This document shows, piece by piece, positions 1 through 11,268 of a stretch of DNA of 64,000 nt. The stretch covers positions 24,800,001 through 24,864,000 of the forward strand of contig OZ076413.1 of NCBI GenBank assembly GCA_964187785.1. Direction: 5' to 3'. The position numbers were made by a program, and so were the translations under genes. Source of the stretch: Amphiscolops sp. MND2022. Taxonomy: Eukaryota. The notes under the pieces are model-generated. The model was not told the origin of the DNA and ran no database searches. It worked only from the letters and a program-made list of their open reading frames with translations. Each line of letters opens with the position of its first letter. The first letter of the stretch is position 1.

Positions 1-1172
1 TGGGTCCAACTTTTCTGTGTTATCACGAAGAGTGCGAGTGTTTAACACGGAGGCGAGTTTAATCAGAAGTGTTTTGAAGTGTACGTGTTGGAGATTTGTG
101 TTCAGTAGACGGTGGTCTGTATTCAGTTTTGCTGTCAGCTTGTACCATAAAAGAGAATACTTTGCAGAAACAAAAAGAAGTTCGTTGTAGGACTATGATT
201 GTTTTGAAAGAGCTGTGCAATATCATTCATCTTTGTCGTCTAGAAGAGAGGAAACAAGACGTATAATAACAATGAGAGCTTTTACTATTTGTGTTGGTAT
301 GTCACAGGGCAACAGAAAATCATCAAAGTTGATGGGAATTTCTTGAGGTATTATATGTGGGTGAGACGTATCGATGCGTGGCATTAGAAAGAACTTTTGT
401 TTATTGGGATCATAGTTGGGAAGGTATCCCGTACTTTTAGAGTACTTTGGTGTATAAATGTGTCATGCTGAAAGGTGAAGTATCTTTGTAAATTGCGAAA
501 GTGTAGCTTTGTTTTTTATGTTTAAAGGGTTTTTGTCAATGAAATTTTGTATATGTCGTTTGATGTGTAGCTCTTTGTGCAATTGAAAGAAAAGAAAGAC
601 CAACTTCATCAGTTTCCCAATTATTGGGTTAATGAGCGGCTAAAATTGAATTGAAGAGCGAAACTTTTTACACCATTGTCGAGACACTATTCATTTGGAA
701 ACAATATTTCGATTCAATAGATGTGAACAAATAATAAATTTTATCATGGAGTTTGAAAGTGTATTCAGTTGGACGCATATATAGAGAGGTGAATTGCGCT
801 TTGAAAGTGAAAAGGTCTTTCGAAAATAGTGGGATGAGATGGTCATCTGTTGTGGAGAGTGAATGTTTTGTAGGTACAATAGGCGGATATACAGGGGAAG
901 AAAGAAATGCAGGATCTTTCATTTTTTCATTGTTGTTTTTTGGTGGCGGAGGTTTTTCAAAAGATTGATCAACTGGAAATATTTCCGGAGGAGTTGGATC
1001 CTTTGGAGTCGTACGATGTTCAACTTGCTCTACTTGTTCAGAGAGAGTTGTGTTTGATTGACCAATAGATTCAAAAAAAAAGAATTGGAGAGTCATTAAA
1101 CAAAGGTTGAGTTGCGAGGACTGTGGTATTCTGTTCTAGTTGAGTTTGCAGATCGAGTTGACCTTGTGTCCT
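1..1172 (-). pseudogene. Accessory ORF-A, array copy 1 (truncated by window edge)
   Basis: ORF 668..1096 contains KDPAFLSSPVYPP...FTFKAQFTSLYMRPTEYTFKL, homologous to element 2 ORF 48166..48705. Confidence 0.75.
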
Positions 1173-1473
1173 TTTTAAAATGAATGTTTTTGGCTTATAC
1201 TATTAAGTAGATTCGTCTGCAGCTTGGGGTGGGGCTGCCCCAACACGTAGTTTTATCGTTGGATTTTGAAGGTTGATTTTTGACGGGTGGATTTTTGACA
1301 GTTGATCGTTATTCTAATGACTGGTGTTATTTGAAGAGGAGGAAGGATCTCAATTTTCGAAAATTTAAGAAGGGAAGATGGACCAAAAAGATAGTTAGGA
1401 AAGTTATTTGGAGTGAAAAGGTTTGTGTTACAAGAGCAGTCTGCACAAGGGAAGTGAAAAGTTTCGTTAAATG

Positions 1474-1671
1474 TTAAAGATCAGAAGAATTTTTTAGCTG
1501 ATGAGGGTATAATTTAGGAGCGCTAGAGAAAGGAGTAGCAAAACAATACCGACAGGTAGTATTTATATACCAAAAGATTGGAAGAGGAAATAGAGGTAAA
1601 AAGTTGAAAAAAATATTCCCTGTATTTGGGTCGGAAGTTCCGTTGAGTGACCAATATCCGATATTGTTCAA
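1474..1671 (-). pseudogene. Small hydrophobic accessory ORF-B fragment (repeated at 3341..3538, diverged copy ~5210-5400)
   Basis: LNNIGYWSLNGTSDPNTGNIFFNFLPLFPLPIFWY aligns by eye with element 2 ~49588-49720 (LYDIGHFTLLDILN/PTTGSIPILHF...LWYKI). The track's M is a TTG, not ATG. Confidence 0.45.
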
Positions 1672-1684
1672 TATTGTACCGACA

Positions 1685-3039
1685 TCAAAGAAAAGTAGCG
1701 TGAAAAACAGTATTCATAAGATCTAGAGCAGGTTGTTTGCTTGTGATGATTCTGTTACGTTGTAACCAAAGATCAAATGTCTGAAGAAGTTTGTATGTTC
1801 TGTCATAGCAATTATTAAGGTGTGTGAGAGTGGTGATGGGAAAGCCGGATAGATTTCGTTTATATGGGTCCAACTTTTCTGTGTTATCACGAAGAGTGCG
1901 AGTGTTTAACACGGAGGCGAGTTTAATCAGAAGTGTTTTGAAGTGTACGTGTTGGAGATTTGTGTTCAGTAGACGGTGGTCTGTATTCAGTTTTGCTGAC
2001 AGCTTGTACCATAAAAGAGAATACTTTTGCAGAAACAAAAAGAAGTTCGTTGTAGGACTATGATTGTTTTGAAAGAACTGTGCAATATCATTCATCTTTG
2101 TCGTCTAGAAGAGAGGAAACAAGACGTACAATAACAATGAGAGCTTTTACTATTTGTGTTGGTATGTCACAGGGCAACAGAAAATCATCAAAGTTGATGG
2201 GAATTTCTTGAGGTATTATATGTGGGTGAGACGTATCGATGCGTGGCATTAGAAAGAACTTTTGTTTATTGGGATCATAGTTGGGAAGGTATCCCGTACT
2301 TTTAGAGTACTTTGGTGTATAAATGTGTCATGCTGAAAGGTGAAGTATCTTTGTAAATTGCGAAAGTGTAGCTTTGTTTTTTATGTGTAAAGGGTTTTTG
2401 TCAATGAAATTTTGTATATGTCGTTTGATGTGTAGCTCTTTGTGCAATTGAAAGAAAAGAAAGACCAATTTCATCAGTTTCCCAATTTTTGGGTTAATGA
2501 GCGGCTAAAATTGAATTGAAGAGCGAAACTTTTTACACCATTGTCGAGACACTATTCATTTGGAAACAATATTTCGATTCAATAGATGTGAACAAATAAT
2601 AAATTTTATCATGGAGTTTGAAAGTGTATTCAGTTGGACGCATATATAGAGAGGTGAATTGCGCTTTGAAAGTGAAGAGGTCTTTCGAAAATAGTGGGAT
2701 GAGATGGTCATCTCCTGTTGTGGAGAGTGAATGTTTTGTAGGTACAATAGGCGGATATACAGGGGAAGAAAGAAATGCAGGATCTTTCATTTTTTCATTG
2801 TTGTTTTTTGGTGGCGGAGGTTTTTCAAAAGATTGATCAACTGGAAATATTTCCGGAGGAGTTGGATCCTTTGGAGTCGTACGATGTTCAACTTGCTCTA
2901 CTTGTTCAGAGAGAGTTGTGTTTGATTGACCCATAGATTCAAAAAAAAGAATTGGAGAGTCATTAAACAAAGGTTGAGTTGCGAGGACTGTGGCATTTTG
3001 TTCTAGTTGAGTTTGAAGATCGAGTTGATCTTGTGTCCT
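1685..3039 (-). pseudogene. Accessory ORF-A, array copy 2 (frameshifted, ATG replaced by AGG)
   Basis: ORFs 2533..2970 and 1685..2095 (TLRDNTEKLDPYKRNLSGFPITTLTHLNNCYDRTYKLLQTFDL) match element 2 ORFs 48166..48705 and 49195..49554. Confidence 0.8.
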
Positions 3040-3534
3040 TTTTAAAACGAATGTTTTTGGCTTATACTATTAAGTAGATTCGTCTGCAGCTTGGGGTGGG
3101 GCTGCCCCAACACGTAGTTTTATCGTTGGATTTTGAAGGTTGATTTTTGACGGGTGGATTTTTGACAGTTGATCGTTATTCTAATGACTGGTGTTATTTG
3201 AAGAGGAGGAAGGATCTCAATTTTCGAAAATTTTAGAAGGGAAGATGGACCAAAAAGATAGTTAGGAAAGTTATTTGGAGTGAAAAGGTTTGTGTTACAA
3301 GAGCAGTCTGCAAAAGAGAAGTGAAAAGTTTCGTTAAATGTTAAAGATCAGAACAATTTTTTAGCTGATGAGGGTATAATTTAGGAGCGCTAGAGAAAGG
3401 AGTAGCAAAACAATACCGACAGGTAGTATTTATATACCAAAAGATTGGAAGAGAAAATAGAGGTAAAAAGTTGAAAAAAATATTCCCTGTATTTGGGTCG
3501 GAAGTTCCGTTGAGTGACCAATATCCGATATTGT

Positions 3535-4907
3535 TCAATATTGTACCGACATCAAAGAAAAGTAGCGTGAAAAACAGTATTCATAAGATCTAGAGCAGGT
3601 TGTTTTGCTTGTGATGATTCTGTTACGTTGTAACCAAAGATCAAATGTCTGAAGAAGTTTGTATGTTCTGTCATAGCAATTATTAAGGTGTGTGAGAGTG
3701 GTGATGGGAAAGCCGGATAGATTTCGTTTATATGGGTCCAACTTTTCTGTGTTATCACGAAGAGTGCGAGTGTTTAACACGGAGGCGAGTTTAATCAGAA
3801 GTGTTTTGAAGTGTACGTGTTGGAGATTTGTGTTCAGTAGACGGTGGTCTGTATTCAGTTTTGCTGTCAGCTTGTACCATAAAAGAGAATACTTTTGCAG
3901 AAACAAAAAGAAGTTCGTTGTAGGACTATGATTGTTTTGAAAGAACTGTGCAATATCATTCATCTTTGTCGTCTAGAAGAGAGGAAACAAGACGTATAAT
4001 AACAATGAGAGCTTTTACTATTTGTGTTGGTATGTCACAGGGCAACAGAAAATCATCAAAGTTGATGGGAATTTCTTGAGGTATTATATGTGGGTGAGAC
4101 GTATCGATGCGTGGCATTAGAAAGAACTTTTGTTTATTGCGATCATAGTTGGGAAGGTATCCCGTACTTTTAGAGTACTTTGGTGTATAAATGTGTCATG
4201 CTGAAAGGTGAAGTATCTTTGTAAATTGCGAAAGTGTAGCTTTGTTTTTTATGTTTAAAGGGTTTTTGTCAATGAAATTTTGTATATGTCGTTTGATGTG
4301 TAGCTCTTTGTGCAATTGAAAGAAAAGAAAGACCAACTTCATCAGTTTCCCAATTATTGGGTCAATGAGCGGCTAAAATTGAATTGAAGAGCGAAACTTT
4401 TTACACCATTGTCGAGACACTATTCATTTGGAAACAATATTTCGATTCAATAGATGTGAACAAATAATAAATTTTATCATGGAGTTTGAAAGTGTATTCA
4501 GTTGGACGCATATATAGAGAGGTGAATTGCGCTTTGAAAGTGAAGAAGTCTTTCGAAAATAGTGGGATGAGATGGTCATCTCCTGTTGTGGAGAGTGAAT
4601 GTTTTGTAGGTACAATAGGCGGATATACAGGGGAAGAAAGAAATGCAGGATCTTTCATTTTTTCATTGTTGTTTTTTGGTGGCGGAGGTGTTTCAAAAGA
4701 CTGATCAACTGGAAATATTTCCGGAGGAGTTGGATCCTTTGGAGTCGTACGATGTTCAACTTGCTCTACTTGTTCAGAAAGAGTTGTGTTTGATTGATCC
4801 ATAGATTCAAAAAAAAGAATTGGAGAGTCATTAAACAAAGGTTGAGTTGCGAGGACTGTGGCATTTTGTTCTAGTTGAGTTTGAAGATCGAGTTGATCTT
4901 GTGTCCT
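3535..4907 (-). pseudogene. Accessory ORF-A, array copy 3
   Basis: ORFs 4401..4838 and 3535..3963 are near-identical to copy 2. Confidence 0.8.
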
Positions 4908-5402
4908 TTTTAAAATGAATGTTTTTGGCTTATACTATTAAGTAGATTCGTCTGCAGCTTGGGCTGGGGCTGCCCCAACACGTAGTTTTATCGTTGGATT
5001 TTGAAGGTTGATTTTTGACGGGTGGATTTTTGACAGTTGATCGTTATTCTAATGACTGGTGTTATTTGAAGAGGAGGAAGGATCTCAATTTTCGAAAATT
5101 TTAGAAGGGAAGATGGACCAAAAAGATAGTTAGGAGAGTTATTTGGAGTGAAAAGGTTTGTGTTACAAGAGCAGTCTGCACAAGGGAAGTGAAAAGTTTC
5201 GTTAAATGTTAAAGATCAGAAGAATTTTTTAGCTGATGAGGGTATAATTTAGGAGCGCTAGAGAAAGGAGTAGCAAAACGTTACTGACAGGTTATACTTA
5301 TATACCAAAAGATTGGAAGAAAAAATAGAGGTAAAAAGTTGAAAAAAATATTACCTGTATTTGGGTCGGAAGTTCCGTTGAGTGACCAATATCCGATTTT
5401 GT

Positions 5403-6768
5403 TCAATATTGTACCGACATCAAAGAAAAGTAGCGTGAAAAACAGTTTTCACAAGATCTAGAGCAGGTTGTTTTGCTTGTGATGATTCTGTTACGTTGTG
5501 AGCAAAGATCAAATGTCTGAAGAAGTTTGTATGTTCTGTCATAGCAATTATTAAGGTGTGTGAGAGTGGTGATGGGAAAGCCAGATAGATTTCGTTTATA
5601 CGGGTCCAAATTATCTGTGTTATCACGAAGAGTGCGAGTCTTTAACACGGAGGCGAGTTTATTCAGAAGTGTTTTGAAGTGTACGTGTTGGAGATTTGAG
5701 TTCAGTAGACGGTGGTCTTAATTCAGTTTGCTGTCAGCTTGTACCATAAAGAGAATTCTTTCGCAGAAACAAAAAGAAGTTCGTTGTAGGAATATGATTG
5801 TTTTGAAAGAGCTGTCCAATATTATTCGTCTTTGTCGTCTAGAAGAGAGGAAACAAGACGTATAATAACAATGAGAGCTTTTACTATTTGTGTTGGTTAT
5901 TGCAGGGCAACAGAAAATCATCAAAGTTGATGGGAATTTCTTGAGGTTCTATATGTGGGTGAGACGTATCGATGCGTGGTATTAGAAAGAAGTTTTGTTT
6001 ATTGGGATCATAGTTGGGAAGGTATCCCGTACTTTTAGAGTACTTTGGTGTATAAATGTGTCATGCTGAAAGGTGAAGTATCTTTGTAATTTGCAAAAGT
6101 GTAGCTATGTTTTTTATGATTAAAGGTTTTTAATGTTACAAAACTTTTGTATATGTCGTCTGATGTGTAGCTCTTTGTGCAATTGAAAGAAAAGAAAGAT
6201 CAATTTCCTCAGTTTTCGAATCGTAGGTTGTTGAGCGGCAAAAATGGAATTGGAGAGAAACTTTTTTACACCATTGTCGAGACACTTCATATGGAAACAT
6301 TATTTCAATACAATAGATGTGAACAAATATTAAATTTATCAAGGAGTTTGGAAGTGTATTCAGTTGGATGCATATATAGAGAGGTGAATTGCGCTTTGAA
6401 AGTGAAGAGGTCTTTCGAAAATAGTGGAATTAGATGGTCATCTCCTGTTGTGGAGAGTGAATGTTTTGTAGGCACAATAGGCGGATATACAGAGAAAGAA
6501 AGAATTGCAGGATCTTTCATTTTTTCATTTTTCTTTTTTGGTGGCGGACGTGTTTCAAGAGATTGATCAACTGGAAATATTTCCGGAGGAGTTGGATCTT
6601 TTGGATTCGTACGATGTTCAACTTGTTCTACTTGTTCAGAGAGATTTGTGTTTGATTGATCCATAGATTCAAGAAGAGAATTGGAGAGTCATTAAACAAA
6701 GGTTGAGTTGCAAGATCGGTGGCATTTTGTTCTAGTTGAGTTTGAAGATCGAGTTGACCTTGTGTCCT
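5403..6768 (-). pseudogene. Accessory ORF-A, terminal and more diverged array copy 4
   Basis: ORFs 6305..6664 and 5403..5648 carry many substitutions relative to copies 1-3. Confidence 0.8.
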
Positions 6769-7309
6769 TTTCAAAATAAAAACTTTCGACTTATACTATT
6801 GAGTAGATTCGTCTGCAGCTTGGGGTTGGGGTGCCCCAACACGTAGTTTTATCGTTGGATTTTGAAGGTTGATTTTTTGACGGGTGGATTTTTGACAGTT
6901 GATCGTTGTTCTAATGACTGGTGTTATTTGAAGAGGAGGAAGGATCTCAATTTTCGAAAATTTTAGTGGTGAAAATAGACAAAAAAGTTAGTTAGGAGAG
7001 TTATGTGGAGTGAAAAGGATTGTGTTACAAGAGCAGTCTGCACAAGAGAAGTGAAAAGTCAGAATGATGTTTGTTTGAAAAGATCGTGGAGGAAAAGAGT
7101 AATTTGTTTCAGAATATACTTTGACAGGGCTTTCAATCTCATTGTTGACAGAATGGTTATCCATTGCATAATCATCAAGATTGGGAATGACGATTGAATA
7201 AAATGGTAACGATGAGTTTTGTACCGGTGAAGTAATAAACTTTTAGTTGTCTATATTTTTTTCAATTAAAAACTTGTTTTCGTTTTGAAAGGAAGATAAA
7301 TCATTTCAT

Positions 7310-9956
7310 TCTGTTAGGTCGGTAAGGACGATTTGTACAAAAAGATCGTAGTGAAATAATTCCAGTTGGAGTAGTGGGAGTTTTTGTTTGATCATCAAAA
7401 CTAGAAGATTTACAAATTAGGTAGTCAGTTATGTGTGACCGAAGAAGTGACTTTCATTCTTTAATGGCTAACCTAAGTTTTGTCTGATGGGTATCTTTTA
7501 GTTCTTTTACCACTTCTGCTGTAAGACAACCGAAGAAACCATTTGCAATAGAACTAAATATAGTTTTATTATGTTTGAGAGTATGTTTAGAAGAAATTAT
7601 TTTTCAAAGTTTAACAAGGAGAGTGATTACTGCTTGTATTAAAAGGAAGCTCGAGAAATAGATCCCGCATTGTTTCAAAATGTAACATGATGAACCAAAT
7701 ATTGGATTGACAGCATCTGGAAACCATGTAGGTTTGAAAAGTGAAGATAGATTCAAGAGTTTTTCGTGTAATCTAATGCGTAATGTATTATATGGATTGT
7801 CATGTGGTGAATTTGCATCATAATGAGGAGTATTAGAAGATTTGAAGGATAAACTAAGAGCTTTTCTTAAGAGTTGAAGTGTTAAGTCAGAATGTTTAGA
7901 AGAAAAGATTCTATTCCAGAATTGGTCTAATTCGGCCTTAGAATATATACCAGCATCTTGGGCTGTGAATGTGTTAGGTCACAAATTAGTCTTATCTTGA
8001 GAAGGAGTGATGAACCAGAAGGAGTGGTGGTTTCGGTTTTATAGGTTTGGTGCCTAAAATATAAAAGTATTGAACATCAGAGTGAAAGTCTTGCTCAATA
8101 AATTCTCGAGGGTATTTGTCACATGCAATACGAGTTGCAAAATCATTTGTTTGTCTTGTAATTGGGTCAACATACAAAAGAATATCTTGGAAGTGTCTAA
8201 GTATGCGATCGAAACAACGATCAGGTTTGTACAAAGGAGAGAGAACATGGACAATCGTGAAGCAAAACAGTGGACCCTTCGACGTAAAAACGTTGCTAGG
8301 ATATCCGGTTAAAGAATTCTAGCAAGTTGGGGACTTTGTACTGACATTGCAAGTATTAGTAGGAGTTCATTGAGTTCTAGTTCAAATAGAGTATGAAGAG
8401 TGGTTAATATTTGTACTGTCCTTGTGTAATCAATTTTTGTATTTATATGTGCATCAAAGTCAATTGATGCAAAGTTGATAAAAACTTTTAATGCATGAAA
8501 AGCATATTTATTGTTTGAGTTCCTCAATGCTATTTTACCAGAGATATATTCAAAAAATATAGATTGAGGGTTCGGTTGTCAAGGTCACATAAAGGTCAGA
8601 ATGTTGTGTTGAATATATAGAATCCCGTTTACCACAAAACGTTTGAACATGTGGAAGTACCTCAAAGCTGTGGAAGTTAAAGACTATGATTGTGCGGGTT
8701 TTGTGTATACGAAGCATGTACATAAGGAAATGGGGTTCCTTTGTTTCCAGAAGCAGTATCAGATTTTTTTCGAAGAGGAATAATATTTAAAATAATGTGT
8801 TTCAATCCAACAACGTTGTTAAGTCCAACAAAGTCGTTTAATGCTTTCGTGGTTGGTTTACAAAAACATCTGCAAAGTGACATCTGCAGAATATTAACAC
8901 ACGAAAGTTCTATTTAGGAGATTTCCAATCTCCAAGTAACAAGATTAATTTCAAATTCGAGATGAGCAGGACAGTTATGAAAAAGATTTCGAAAAGGATC
9001 ATCAACCCATTTTTATCAGCAGGCATTACGATACATATGTCGCAACGAAATCGCAAGATCTTGCTAGTTCGATTAACAGCCATTGAAAACGCGTTGTTAT
9101 TCTAAATACGCGTTACGTGTTTTGCTCGTTACACTGTGTGATTTGGCGTTACGCATAGTGTTTGAAATACAGTAAATGACTACTTTACACTCTCTGCAAT
9201 TACGTACTTTGACTGAGTCTCACTTCACACACGAAGACGGAAATTGATTGTATTACACTTTAACCTGATGCACATTTTGAACGGAAATCACTTTCAAAGT
9301 GAAAAACAGCAGAAGTGTGTAAACTAGTGATAACTTTGACTGTTTTCCACTCCGAAGAACTCATCATTTTCTTTCTAACCTGGTACACAGTTTGACTGGA
9401 ATTCACTTTGGCAAGGCTGAGCATGAAAATGAGATTACCTGTGTACATTTTATCAAATTGATATACAGTAAATGGAGTTTGAAATTGTTCTTGAAAACAA
9501 GAGTCTTCTAGTGGAGTAAAATTATAATTTTAATGTTAGTTGTTCATTGTTTTATTGTCGCTACCATTGAGGTGTCTAGTAGGGTTTTCACACTCAAGGG
9601 GATCAAAAGTAACAGGAAGTGGCATTGTGTTATGACTCCAAACAGTTCTATTAACGCGTCGGTACTTAACTGACCCTTCGAAAAAACGTTTTTTCCATTT
9701 TTGTATAGGCTACGCATTTAAAAGCTGTGACAGGTTTACATTTAGCTCTAACACAGACTCGAGCTTGAATAATAGCTTGTTGTACGTTAGAAGGAGCTTC
9801 AGTGCATTGTTTCACATTTAAAAGATTAAAAAGTCAAAAGTTATAATGCTTTTCGCAGTCCATATTACTTGTGATATTCGGGTTATCTGATGTGTGATAA
9901 CTATTTGTATCTGTTGGTGCAGTGTGTAAAAGTAGTGAAAAGGTTATCTTATACAT
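7310..9956 (-). pseudogene. env: env-like glycoprotein gene of element 1 (disrupted)
   Basis: ATG at 9956 (MYKITFSLL...), then DNPNIT...DCEK...FNLLNVKQCTEAPSN, VWSHNTMPLPVTFDPLEC, TLHTLFELELNELLLILAMSVQSPQLA (8309..8527), DRCFDRI...YVDPITRQT (7992..8234). Colinear with element 2 env. Confidence 0.85.
9032..9437. other. ~400-bp foreign insertion inside element 1 env
   Basis: Env homology stops at KMYTG (~9438) and resumes at VMPADKN (~9030). The intervening sequence has no counterpart in element 2. Boundaries approximate. Confidence 0.6.
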
Positions 9957-9964
9957 TATTTATG

Positions 9965-11200
9965 ATGGAGTTCGTAGTTTTAAAAAAGAAGTATTTTTAA
10001 GTCCTGAGTTTGGGCTGTAAGCTATAATTTTGCCACATGCCTGATTAGGAAGGTGAGGATCACAATAAATTCTGTATATGACTTCAAAAGCAACGTGAAA
10101 TACTGGATGATGTTTTGGGCCTTGGAATTTACCTTTGGCTTCAAACTTTAGTTCTAAGATAGAGTTGTCAAGTTGCTGAAGTTGTCTGAGTTCTGTTTCT
10201 TATTTTTTTAAAGTGAAACGTTGTTCGTGATGAAACCATCTGTAAGAAAAAGAGAACGAGGATCGTTTTTTGGGTCGTCAATAGCGGTACCGTCAACGCG
10301 TATGGGATAGTCTGCAAAATTAGTAGTTGGAGGTCTTGAGTGTTCTGCTGTAAAATATTCAGGGGTTGTCACGTGTGGAGGAACAGGAATAGGTATACGA
10401 ACTTCAGAGAGAAGATTGCTTGAAAGATATGCAGTTTGTACGTCAGTAGAAAGTAGTGAAGCGCTGTCAACACCAGATGTAGAATTTGGTTGTGGAACGA
10501 GTTCTGAAGAGTGTGTATCAGAAGACAGTGCCTGAGCGTGTTGCGTTGCCGTGCAGGACGTAATGCAGATTTCTTCGAAACAGCAGAAAATTTAAGTGTT
10601 GAAGTATCAGTACTGAGTTCTCGTATAGGAAGATGTGTAAGATTATATCGATGATTGGAAACAATATTTGAACTAGTAGCGTCTTGAGATGGTGGAATAT
10701 ATCCTGAAAAGGTGTGTAAAAGGTTTGATGAGGAAGTAGATTGTTTTCTAGTAGGTTTGAGAGAAGGATATATGTTTGAAAGATTAGCAGCGTTAAACTC
10801 TGAGGGTAAATGTAATGAAAGTTGAGGTGAGTATTCGGTTCCAGGTTTATGTACATTATCTAGACGGAGTTGAATTCAAGCTGTTTTGATAGCTGTGCGT
10901 TGCTTATGAAAAATATATTTTGCAACAGCTTCTAGGTATGGTATGTGTACTAAAGGGATATGAATTTGTGATAATTGATATTGAGAGCATGAAGTAATAC
11001 ATGGCCTACTAGTTTTAGATGATGTTATAGATATAGTAGAGGATGTATCTGTAATATGCGAGCTTGGTCTTTTCGATGGAGTTACAGAAGTTACATTGCG
11101 AGGTTAAAATTGTTTAGCTGTTTGAGTCTCTGAAGTAGAGGGTAGGTTTGGAGCAGAAAAAGATGTTTCAGAAGAAGAATCCAGAATGTTAGTTCAGTGA
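9965..11200 (-). pseudogene. ORFx of element 1: S/T/P-rich ORF between pol and env
   Basis: C-terminal ...YRIYCDPHLPNQACGKIIAYSPNSGLKNTS (~9990-10090) matches element 2 ...NCGPELHDLAYGKIVFYNPYSGLKYTTSG. Confidence 0.6.
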
Positions 11201-11268
11201 AGACTATATGATTTCAGTGTTTTGGAAGATAACAGTTTTCAACTAGCTTTATATGGTGAAAAATTATC

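Larger units (their letters stand above)
1..7059. repeat. Tandem array of a ~1.87-kb unit (>=3.8 copies) derived from the post-env accessory region of element 1
   Basis: TGGGTCC/CGGGTCC recurs at 1, 1865, 3733, 5601. Unit ends (GAAGTGAAAAGT) fall at 1462, 3329, 5197, 7059. ORFs repeat at 668, 2533, 4401, 6305. Confidence 0.98.

Noticed and set aside
753-6655. Repeated short plus-strand ORFs in the array (e.g. 753..968, 863..1057, 1824..2063, 6177..6566)
   Set aside because: They are antisense shadows of the minus-strand ORF-A, recur only because of the repeat, and have no recognisable motifs.
1-7059. Array as selected gene amplification or a CRISPR-like structure
   Set aside because: All units share start-codon loss and frameshifts; there is no repeat-spacer pattern and no cas genes; the context is eukaryotic.
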